Part shown: positions 54,401-64,000 of the stretch, piece after piece
How positions within the stretch are numbered: the first letter of the stretch is position 1
How the letters are laid out: each line of letters begins with the position of its first letter
Assembly: GCA_040954595.2 (NCBI GenBank)
Contig: CM082593.2
Coordinates: 2,993,434-3,057,433, forward strand
Source of the DNA: Balanoglossus misakiensis
Taxonomy: Eukaryota; Animalia; Hemichordata
Direction of reading: 5' to 3'
Length of the DNA: 64,000 nucleotides
Position numbers and translations under genes: made by a program
The notes under the pieces: model-generated
Told to the model about the DNA's origin: nothing
The model's database searches: none
The model's input: only the letters and a program-made list of their open reading frames with translations

Positions 54401-57400
54401 GGTGAGGAAAAAAACGATGAACGTCAGCCCTCGGAAAATTCAGGAGTCTGGCTCTTCTGCACTGAGTGTGTGCAATTATCACAACTATACATGCATACGC
54501 CGGGGACAGGCTGTACTCTGCCAACCATGATTACTATGAAAGGATATGGTGCGGATAGCGTAATGCAAGTCTTTGTTACTCTGCCTGGTTCTGCAGTCAT
54601 GCATAAGGAATGAGACGGAACAAAGAGAATCCAGGAGTGCTCATTGTTTCAGGGAAAACAAACACAGGCTCTCAGAATTACAGCTGATTCGGGCCATTAC
54701 CTAAAAAAATGGAGTAATTTCTTTGTTTCTGAGAGCCCTTGAAAAGCATTCATCAGCCAAATAGAACCACTAATGAGTGGACGTAATGTGATTAGGCAAA
54801 TGAGTCTGTGGAACAGACTCCCTGGGTTTTGGTCCTGGTTGGTTAATTTCTCCCTTTTCTCTCTTTCTTTTTCTCCCCTTTCTGCGCAGCTATTTTCTGA
54901 TTTGTGAGTTCTCCTCGTCACATTTATGTGTCAGTGAAAATACAAGGGCTAGGCATCAAAATTTGAAGGGTCACCGAGTTGGGTGCATTGTGTGCGTACC
55001 CGGGGTCAGGGAAAATGTTGTTATAGTGGCAGATCAGGATGCGATAAGAAGGCATTAAGGCTTTGCATCATGGTGGCCGAGCGAGTTTCAGTTGTGGGAG
55101 CCAAAGATGGGTTCAAAATGGCAATCATTACTGTTAGCTTCTTCTGTCTTGGAGTTGAATGAAGGTGGTCAGTGGCCAAGGCTTGCGCTGTTGAAAGCTA
55201 CATTATAGGAAGGAGAGAGTTTCTGTTGAGTCGAAGTCCTTTCATGGAAAGATAATTTGGGTTTTTAGCGAAACGTGAAAGGAGTAGTGTGTTGACCGTA
55301 AAGCACCCAGGGGTTTGAGTGACAGCGGAAATTATGGGTTGCTGCTGTCAGTCATTGGCCAATTACGCTGTGTGTCGTGGACAGACCAAAATGCAACTGT
55401 TTGGTAGCAGCCAGCCTCACTGCTCTAAAGTGGGCCCCACAGACACTGCCTACTGGGCTGCTACCTGAGTGGTCTTGGATGGGTGGACTTTTTGAGCGGG
55501 AACGACAGAAGGAGCGTTTCAACACAGAGAGGCTGAAAAGTGTTCCTAAAAGAGACATTAGTCAAATGTCTGCCTAAATGTTGTCGAATGTCTGTTTGGA
55601 TAAAAGGCTGTCCCAGTTTCTGGCCAAGCATAACAAGCGGCCAAGCATAAACAAACCAGGTAAAAAAGCAAACTCCAGAAGTCACCTTACCATGAAGGGG
55701 ATTTCTTTGTTCGGCCAGACTCTCGAGAAGGGTCGGAAATTAAACACCGGCTTTACATTTCAGGTTGTGGAATGTTGTAAAACCGAATACTGAACCATTA
55801 AAATCGGACTTAGCGACTCCCGTCACGAGTGCCACTTCAGAAGAACTGTACCTGGTGTGTTTAACGTGGGGAGTCCAAGCTCTCTACTGGTAGCTTGTAG
55901 TTGGCACTTCAGTTGTCGATCAAGTACAGTTATGTGTCACGTCAGCCAAGTGCACTTATATCACTCCAAAATGGGGTTTCTCTGTTGCATTCCATGTACG
56001 CCTCAGAAAAATATTCTTGAATTGCAGTGTCTACAACATAAATACACCGTCAAGGGTACTTCCATGACAAGTTCGAGATCAAGTTAAACACCATTGTGGT
56101 TTGAAAGATGTTAAATGCTTCCTAAAACACCATTACCGCTATTCAAATGACACTTTTTTTGAGTAATGATCTTTATTCATATAGAAATCTGTCCAGTGAC
56201 TAACAATGTGGCACCTGTTAAAATTTTGGAGGACCAAATGTCAAGTTTTTACTGAACTTTTCTGCAAAGTTCAAACTGAAAAACTACATTTACAAATGCA
56301 TTCAGGTTCAAGATAGTGTAAGAGATGATGGAATACCTCATTTCAGGATATTTTCAGCGGGCAAACATGCGGGATACATTACCTGTTATTTCGCTTGTAT
56401 TCATGCATAACTTTAGAAATAGACTGAGGGTGTCTTTCCGCTTAATGTGAGCCGTGACACCCTGTATTCTATAATCTGTGTTTAATATTCACAGGGAAGG
56501 TTTTAAGGTACACGAAAGAACGTTCGCCATTTGCGTTCAACAATTGTTTATTCTTGCCCTGGGTAATTCCCTGTGTCAGTATAACATGATTTCTTAACCA
56601 AATGCTTGTAGACTACTGCCAAGACCTCTTGAAATAGGGGTCAAAGCCTTGGGACTACCACTTTCTTCAAACGAGATTTTTTTCCAGCAGATTTCACCGC
56701 TCGGAGGGGCACGTTCTGGTTGTAGCCATCGGGGGGTGAAATGGGGGCCTGGCCAAGTTCCATTTGAGGGCAATTACATTAAATGGAATGCAAGAAACAA
56801 TTGTGGGGCTTGATTGAAAAGCAGTGCCTCCAAGTTTCCAGCTGAAGTTAGGGTGGCCATTATACAAGACATTATGCGTCCATTACCCTTCCCTCTCTCC
56901 TTAGCCTCCATTAGTTGTCCATTCGTTATCCGCCCACCATCTTTCCCCGAGTACTCGTTTTGCGATCAAGTCCGACAAGAAATTGCAACCATCTTTAGAG
57001 TGTGACATTTTCATGCCTCCTTGAGTTGTATCAGCCTTCCGGAAAGAGATACTGACTTTTTTTTGGCATCACTGCCTGCCGCACTGACCAACTTGTAATT
57101 CGCGACATTCGTGCATGTGATCTGGCCTGCGCCTGGCTATCTCCCAAACTGTCGATCTGGTTAATGTACGACTATAAAAGTGTCAGGAATTTTGTCTGTT
57201 TTTTTAACACTTGCTGTAAGGTCTCCGTGTTTGTATATGTTGGAGTACTTAACAAAGACACTCTCCTATATCATCCGACACATAAGCCCCAATCAATGGC
57301 CATTAATCTACTGGCCCATGATGCCCCCTGTGTAGTCTGCCCTCTGGCGGTGAAATTATGGTTAGGTGGAATGCTAACATGATCATAGCAACAAATTGTG

Positions 57401-57418
57401 TGAATATATGCTTTAAAA

Positions 57419-57498
57419 GTATGTATGTATGTATGTATGTATGTATGTATGTATGTATGTATGTATGTATGTACGTACGTACGTACGTACGTACGTAC
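57419..57498. repeat. Compound microsatellite (GTAT)13(GTAC)7
   Basis: Read directly: GTAT repeats at 57419-57470 followed by GTAC repeats at 57471-57498. Confidence 0.97.
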
Positions 57499-57674
57499 AT
57501 TATGTGTATATATGTATCTCTACCAATGTGTGTGTATTAATAATGGCAGTTCTTTCATAAGTATATTAATTACCATAAAGTCCATAATATATGCCATCTG
57601 AATATCCTTGAACATATAAAATCAGTAAGAAACATTTGACACTGACCGCCGGCATTTTATTATCTTCATTGCAG

Positions 57675-57899
57675 TTGAGATGGAAGGCATGGAAAATTCA
57701 GAAGGTCCTTTACCAGAATTTATACAAGAACCCCAAGACACATACATCGTGAAAAGTGTGCCTGCCCAGCTGACGTGCATAGCTGCACCGGCTATTCAGA
57801 TGTACTTCAGGTGTAATGACGACTGGGTGAGGGCAAAGGACCACACACACCAGGAGACGCTGGATGAGAATGGAGAGACTCGCCGGGAGTCAAGAATAG
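57675..57899 (+). CDS. unc5: UNC-5 exon 2, N-terminal part of Ig domain 1
   Basis: Acceptor ttcattgcag|TT and donor ATAG|GTAGGA; 225 nt. Translates to (V)EMEGMENSEGPLPEFIQEPQDTYIVKSVPAQLTCIAAPAIQMYFRCNDDWVRAKDHTHQETLDENGETRRESRI, matching the UNC5 Ig1 pattern LPxFxxEPxDxYIVK..L.C.A.PA.Q.YF.CN..W. Confidence 0.93.
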
Positions 57900-58027
57900 G
57901 TAGGATGAGAAAAAAAAAATCTTCATTCGTGGAACTATTTACGTCACAGCATGTTTGTTATTCTGATCATTAGTGGACGTAAATGTTGATTTGCGAAGGT
58001 GTCAATAGCCTTAATGAGCTGACAGCA

Positions 58028-58139
58028 GCTGCCATGGCAACTGTGATGCAGAGGAGTTACCATGGTGATGATGGTGGAGTGGATGATGGTGGAGGGGGCA
58101 GGAGCATCTGGAGATTGATCGTCTTGGCGCCATGGAGAT
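58028..58139. promoter_or_regulatory. Cluster of three X-box-like sites in intron 2
   Basis: GCTGCCATGGCAAC (58028), GTTACCATGGTGAT (58056) and GGCGCCATGGAGAT (58126). Confidence 0.4.
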
Positions 58140-58236
58140 GGTGTGACTAAAGATCAACTTGATATAAACTGATTTTTCGCACCAGTAGTTGAAGTGCAAT
58201 CTTGTAGCAATAATCGTGTCGTTTTATATCCAACAG

Positions 58237-58353
58237 AGCTGACTCGGAATGTTGTTGAAAGTTATTTTGGTGATGAAGATTACTGGTGTCTGTGTGTGGC
58301 GTGGAGCAGTGGAGGGTCAGTGAAAAGCAGAAAAGCAACTGTCAGGGTTGCAT
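58237..58353 (+). CDS. unc5: UNC-5 exon 3, C-terminal part of Ig domain 1 (absent from the ORF track)
   Basis: Acceptor tatatccaacag|AG and donor GCAT|GTAAGT; 117 nt, phase 1-1. Translates to (E)[38 protein letters not shown], containing the UNC5 hallmark DYWCxCVAWSSxG..KS..A.V..A. Confidence 0.94.
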
Positions 58354-58483
58354 GTAAGTAATGTGTGAATCAAGTGCTTAGTACTTACATTAAACACACC
58401 CCCTCTGGGATTATTGGTGTAGCCTCAAAGTCTTGTACATCTCTCTCAAAAAAAGTTTTGACTGATGTTTGAACTTTTTGCAG

Positions 58484-58768
58484 TTCTCCGTAAATTATTT
58501 GATCGAATGCCCCTCAGCCTGGACGTCGAAACGGACAATGCGTTCCAACTGATGTGCCGGCCTCCGGAGGGCTATCCAGACCCGGAAGTGTTCTGGGAAA
58601 AGGACGGACACCAGATCAATGTGGAAGAGGACCGGAACTTTATCATCACCAATGACGGGAATCTGATTGTCAGCCAGGCCAGGCTGGCCGATACTGGAAA
58701 CTACACGTGCGTGGCGGCCAACATCGCAAGTAGACGAAAAAGTGACCCGGCCGTGGTGAATGTCTATG
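58484..58768 (+). CDS. unc5: UNC-5 exon 4, Ig domain 2
   Basis: Acceptor aactttttgcag|TT and donor TATG|GTATGT; 285 nt. Translates to (F)LRKLFDRMPLSLDVETDNAFQLMCRPPEGYPDPEVFWEKDG...NFIITNDGNLIVSQARLADTGNYTCVAANIASRRKSDPAVVNVY. CRPPEGxP and ARLxDTxNYTCVA are characteristic of UNC5. Confidence 0.96.
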
Positions 58769-59373
58769 GTATGTGTTCCATGTCACTCTTTATGTCATGG
58801 GACATATGCATAAGTTCTGAGTATCGACCTTTGATGTAGCAATAGTTTGTATTGGCATATTGTTTTGTATCTTTTCGGTTATCAGACCTTCTGACCTCAT
58901 CAAATTCTACCTTTAGAAATTTGGGGAGAAAAACATCCCAAGAGACTAAATTTCACTGGAAGGGATGCAGTCACTTTGAAAGAAAAAGAAATTATCTGAC
59001 AGATGGATTTTTGTTTTTCGATTGTTAAATTCAGTGAAAACCCAAATTGTCAGGTTTGGGGATAAATTTTGTCTGGCAATCATAAAATGTTCAGTGGTGC
59101 ATGAATTTGATAATTTGGTTAACATAAATGCAGATTCTGCTTTGCTATGTGGATTTTCTTTGTTAGAATAGTAAATACACTTGGCCAAACTGTGTTCAAT
59201 GGAACATGTTGCCATGGTGATAAATTAATAATATGTGAACTGACACTTCTAGTTTACTGATACTGAAAAGTTGTATCAAAAGCAGCCATATTTGTAGAGA
59301 AACACGTAATGCGTCTGGAATTTTCATGTCTGTCACCTCATGAGATATTTCCACGTTCTCGTTATTTATCTAG

Positions 59374-59541
59374 TGAATGGCGGCTGGTCAACATGGAGCC
59401 CTTGGTCTCATTGCAACAGTAAGTGTGGCAGGGGAGAGCAGAAGAGAACGAGAACGTGCACCAATCCCGCGCCGCTGAACAACGGAGCGCCGTGTGCGGG
59501 GCGCGCAACCCAAGAATCGCCCTGCACCACGCTCTGCCCAG
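59374..59541 (+). CDS. unc5: UNC-5 exon 5, thrombospondin type-1 repeat 1
   Basis: Acceptor ttatttatctag|TG and donor CCAG|GTAAAG; 168 nt. Translates to (V)[55 protein letters not shown], with WxxWxxWxxC, RxRxC and six Cys. Confidence 0.96.
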
Positions 59542-62500
59542 GTAAAGTAGTCAAGTTGTGTTGTGTTTTACTCTTCATGTCCTGTGCAACCTGGAGACCT
59601 TCTGTCATCTCCGAAAGGTGTGATTTAATTTTTCTTTGAGGCAGATTTGAAAGAACTTGAAGGGTTTGACTGAGGAGTAGATTTGAGGAAGTAAGATGTG
59701 GAGAGAGATGAAAGGTGTAGGAACATGGAAAGAGAGAGACGTTAATAATTAAGACCGCTGGAGACTTGGCGATTTTAGGCAAATTGATCAGGAAACAATT
59801 AAACACAGAGCGAGGCAAGAATGCCAGCTAAAAGGGGGTGTTTAATTGTATCATTTGCAAAGAAAATAGGCATCGACGCTCTTGTGATTAGCGCAGAGAG
59901 CTGGGGTGATGCAGTTATCGAGTCTACGCAAACGCGAAACGCGCATGACAGAGACGCGCCCGAGGCAAAGCGTGCGTCGCGGAGACATGCAGCCAGACAC
60001 AGTGGCAGCCACCAGTATGCAGCTGTAACCATCGCCCAGACTGTGTCAGCAGATAATTGATAAAATTCTCTGCCCCGCAACAACTCGGGAGACTAAAGAG
60101 GTGGAAGACACTCGTCTGCCAAAACGAGGAGTCAGAAGAGAGGGAGAATAATAAATCTGTTACCTGATGGCTTGATTGAGATGATGAGGGGAAAAAATGG
60201 AACCGCAGGCATCAAATCATTCTTGTAATTTAAATGAAAAATAATGACCCTCAGTTAACCAAATGGTATGTACATTAAAGATTAAATATTTATATAAAGA
60301 TTAATGTTAGCCGATGTCTTTTAAGCTCTGTTTGCATTAAAATTTCTGTGTTTGGATTAAGTATTATTAGCAATGTCATGTTTGTATTGTTTCATGTAGA
60401 ATGGTCTTTCAAAGCGTTTGATTAGCACAAGTATATAAAGATACAGTAATATAAGGCCTGTAATCACTGATCAGTGAAAGAAACCGTCTTGGCTTTTGGC
60501 ATTTGATTCGCGATTTTTTTCCTGTCGTTACAGAATCTGCTGTCACTCAGTTTCCTGATTTTGCGTGTTTGTATTGATTCTGCCAGCTTGCAGAATGAGA
60601 TCATTTCTGACTCACACAGTTCTGAATTGCGACATGGATGGTAGCAAACTGCTGTTTTAAGGGAATTGTATCAAAGTCTCTGAACTCTTCTCTTTTGGGA
60701 GATGGCAGGGAGAAAGTGTTACTATTAAGAGTTTAATTTCAAGTAAATATCGTCTCGGGGAGTCGATAGTGTCACCGTGGGGACGTGTGATGAAAACACG
60801 TCAGAAGTGAGAATGTAGGGGGTTGTTGACGTAGTCTCCAGAAATAAGAGTCTTGACGCTCTTGACGTGTGTTTCGCCGACTCTTTTGTTCGTGCGGAAA
60901 TGAAAGTGGGGACTTCTGTGCGCGAAGATCTAATGGCCTCCCTCCAGGGTGCTGATCTTGGTCAATCAAGAACCGTCATCGTCCACTGCAGGCCAATTCT
61001 CTCCGCAAACTCGCGCCACGGATTCTCAGGGCCGATGTGATGCTCAAGAGCAGTTACCGCGGCAACAGTTGCACGCTGCATTGTACTCCCGTCTGTCCAA
61101 ATGTTCAGGGTTTTTTTTGAGACGTCGCTCTGTATTGTTGGAAGAAGGAAATGGAAAGAATCAGTGAAGTGTTAATTTTTCTTTTCATGAATTCTTGAAT
61201 CAATTTAGAACAAAGAAAATGATGGTGTATGCCTTTCGTGTTTTTTTATGCAACCAGCAATACATTAAGCACTTAATCCATATGCAATTTCTCAAGCGTG
61301 CGAGTCAGTACCATGGTTGTTCCATCGCAGAAATTATAACAATTAGCCTCATCATTGCTACGTATGTGCTATGACACTCTGTATGTTGCATTTACACAAA
61401 ATATTAACAGAATAAATGTGTCAAATTGGGCAGATGTCATATGTGACAGAAAAGTGGTAGGTTGTTATGTAAGAGTAGACATTATCTCCCGCCTAAGAGA
61501 AATTTGATCTCAATTGTCCATCGCCATGACAACCCAAATTCAGCCCCTCGGGCAGTTATGACACAAATGACTGTTATTACAGTGTCAGAAAATAATGACC
61601 ACTGAAAGGAGGAAGTGCGTTGAAATGGGAATATTATTGTGTAACACACTTTGGAAAAGAGTAGCTTTTGATTTGATGGAGTGTAATTTGACAGAATGTT
61701 TTATGGACGGTTTGTGTGTCCAGCTGTGATAGGTTAGCATTTTGCCACTGATGTCATAGGCCCTGTGTTGTATTGATCGTCTGTACTTCGCTTTTTGCCA
61801 AATTTGCAGACGACCATAATTTTTTCAGTATTTTTATTTTGTGTGTCAACGGACCCCATGGTTTCTTGTTTGGCTTCCTTAGTAGGCAGAGTTAAAAATG
61901 CGCAGTCTTTATCTGTCAAATGCAGATAACAATTTCATTTTCATTTGCAGACAAGATTTGATTTCAGATGAAATTAAATATTTATAAGTGTGCTTCTACC
62001 AGACTGGATTGGTGAAATTCTCCCCCAAAAGAACTGTGGACATTTGCATTTTTGGACAAAGGGATTGTTAATTGAATCGAGAGAAAGGAAACAGTGCAAC
62101 CATTAGTAATTTTTAGCAAAGTGTTTGATTCCAAGTATTGTAATATTGAGCTTCAGATTTAAAATGGCCGACTTGAAATAACTAGACAATTCGTTCCATA
62201 AATGTCAATTTACTGTACGACTTTAAAGGACACATTTCACAAAGGCTGTAACTTTGTTTTTCGTTGCACAATTTTAGAAAAAAAGAGGGACTAAAGATCG
62301 GTTAATGACAGGATTGCTGCACTTGGTTGTCAGCGCCATCTCGTTTGTCAGTTGCCAGGCAATTTTCTTCCCGCCCGCCGGTTGTTAGGTTAGTTGGTGA
62401 GGTGTGATAGTCAGGCAATTTGAGGTATATTGCTTTTCAGTCGAAAAAAGGGCGACAACACTCATTTTTGAACGATCAGAGAGAGAGAAGGACAAAGAAT

Positions 62501-63531
62501 CTGCTTGTCACTAGTGAGCGGTTGATGGAGTAGAAAAGTGATAAAACCAGGGGGAGAGGAGTGTGCGGTGAAAAACGATGACTCGGCGATGGCAGGGGAA
62601 ATTAAAATCTGCCGGATGCTCGGGGAGTTTTCCGACACACGGCATCACTTTCTCTGACAAGGCATTTCAATCTTAGCCGAAGAAGAAAAAATTACCGCTG
62701 GTGTCAAAGGTCGGCCGTGTCAAGGAGGCATTGGCGAACATTTTCACAGGTGACAGATTCGCAATTTGTCACTGTCAAAGAACGGAAAAGATCTTCAGAG
62801 GGGTCTTCTCCGCTATCTGTGAAAATTAGAAAAAAAAGTTGCTTTTGAAATGATAGGTGTTTGATACAGGTGACTCACATCCTAAAGTGATTTCGACACC
62901 ACAAGTAAAACAGAGTCAGTCAGAGAACTTGACAGATCCTAATCACACCATCTCGTTTATAGGATATGAGAGTAAAAATCTCGCCGAAATGAATAAATGG
63001 TAGAGACTGATTATTCATTTTTGGCGAGTTTTTCACTCTCGTGTCTACAAGCGGGATGGAAGGTGTGTGTGGTCAAACGTTGATTCACTATATATCCACA
63101 TGGAAATGGAAAAAGGGTAACGAGAGAGAGACTTTGTTCTCTCAGGCAAGACCAGACAAGACCATTATCAGAAAGTCGATTCAGCACTTTGATGAAAACA
63201 GACAGCGTACGCGCTTAATCACCAATTGAATAATTTGTGTTTGCTCCAATGATTACAAAACTTAGACTTGAGTCAGCAAAGTAGAGACCAGGAGTAATAA
63301 CATGAGTCACTAATTGAAACAGGTCTGTTTGTGGCTAACCTGATTTAGTCGCTGCTAAACAGGTTGTGGTCGAGTGAGTGGCGTATAAGACGAGCGCCCT
63401 CTCAAGTTAAACATTGTACAATAATTTAATTTGCGCCGACAAAGTGAAATTGAAAAAAAAATTGACAGACTTGATAAACATTTATTGAAAAATACCAGAG
63501 AACTAAATTTGTAAATGAATTTTTTTTTCAG

Positions 63532-63693
63532 TTGATGGTGGCTGGACAGAGTGGGACAGCTGGTCGAGGTGTAGTCCGCAATGTAATCATATCAGAAGTC
63601 GTACCTGCGACAATCCAAAACCAGATAACGGTGGAAAGCGGTGCGAGGGTCTGGACATGGAATCGCGCAACTGCACAGGGGAATTGTGCAAAC
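63532..63693 (+). CDS. unc5: UNC-5 exon 6, thrombospondin type-1 repeat 2 (ORF track shows the wrong frame)
   Basis: Acceptor tttttttttcag|TT and donor AAAC|GTAAGT; 162 nt. Translates to (V)[53 protein letters not shown]. The gene continues past the window end. Confidence 0.95.
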
Positions 63694-64000
63694 GTAAGTT
63701 GTGATTTTCAGATAATGGCATGGCTGATACAAACCAAACCGCCACCCTGTAATTTTGAATCTCTGTTCTACCGCAAAGGATATTGATCGTTAGAACAGTG
63801 TCAAAACTCCCGATATTAGCGACAATTGTGATGTACTGAAATATGACAGAACATGCAGCAGTCCGGAGCGAGAATTCCGGACGATTGCTCGGCAAAATGA
63901 GAGTCATTTCCTGCAAAACTCTTCTAAGTGGGAAATCATGTCAAACTGCACAATTTCCATCGCACTTATTGTAGATTAGGTCTTTCTGCCGGATATTTCA

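Larger units (their letters stand above)
2532..57674 (+). other. Very large first intron (~55.1 kb) of unc5
   Basis: GT at 2532 and TTCATTGCAG acceptor ending at 57674. No protein-family-like ORF was recognised in between. Depends on the exon 1 assignment. Confidence 0.7.

Noticed and set aside
202-57540. The many 60-199 aa ORFs in the supplied track (e.g. 15204-15722, 25192-25713, 52731-53204, 53378-53977)
   Set aside because: They show no recognisable domains, random-like Cys/Ser/Leu/Arg-rich composition, many non-ATG starts and overlap on both strands, as expected by chance in an intron.
57303-57540. ORFs with YIHT/MYVC repeats
   Set aside because: These are translations of the (GTAT)n(GTAC)n microsatellite.
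63366-63400. tRNA A-box-like GTGGTCGAGTG...TAAGACG (similar at 55073)
   Set aside because: No B-box (GTTCGA) or cloverleaf follows, so it cannot be called a tRNA or SINE.
63532-63786. ORF-track protein [11 protein letters not shown]...
   Set aside because: Wrong reading frame. The real exon reads [14 protein letters not shown]... and ends at the donor after 63693.

Overview
This is eukaryotic (animal) genomic DNA, not a prokaryotic accessory region. It holds the 5' half of one + strand gene, a netrin receptor of the UNC-5 family. I reconstructed six coding exons by hand: signal peptide (2417-2531), Ig1 in two exons (57675-57899, 58237-58353), Ig2 (58484-58768), and two TSP1 repeats (59374-59541, 63532-63693). 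All introns are GT-AG and phase 1, giving a continuous frame of 357 codons. The TM, ZU5, UPA and death-domain exons must lie beyond the window. About 86% of the window is a single ~55-kb first intron, and nearly all ORFs in the supplied track are spurious. The non-coding DNA contains a Tc1/mariner-pogo-type MITE, a near-perfect 3x145-bp tandem repeat, an older degenerate tandem repeat, a compound (GTAT)13(GTAC)7 microsatellite and long G-runs. The most interesting unexplained signals are recurring RFX X-box palindromes across the locus and a dense TGACA/TGTCA cluster in intron 5. I found no convincing novel multi-gene system. The organism looks like an invertebrate bilaterian, possibly a deuterostome, but this cannot be fixed from the sequence alone.
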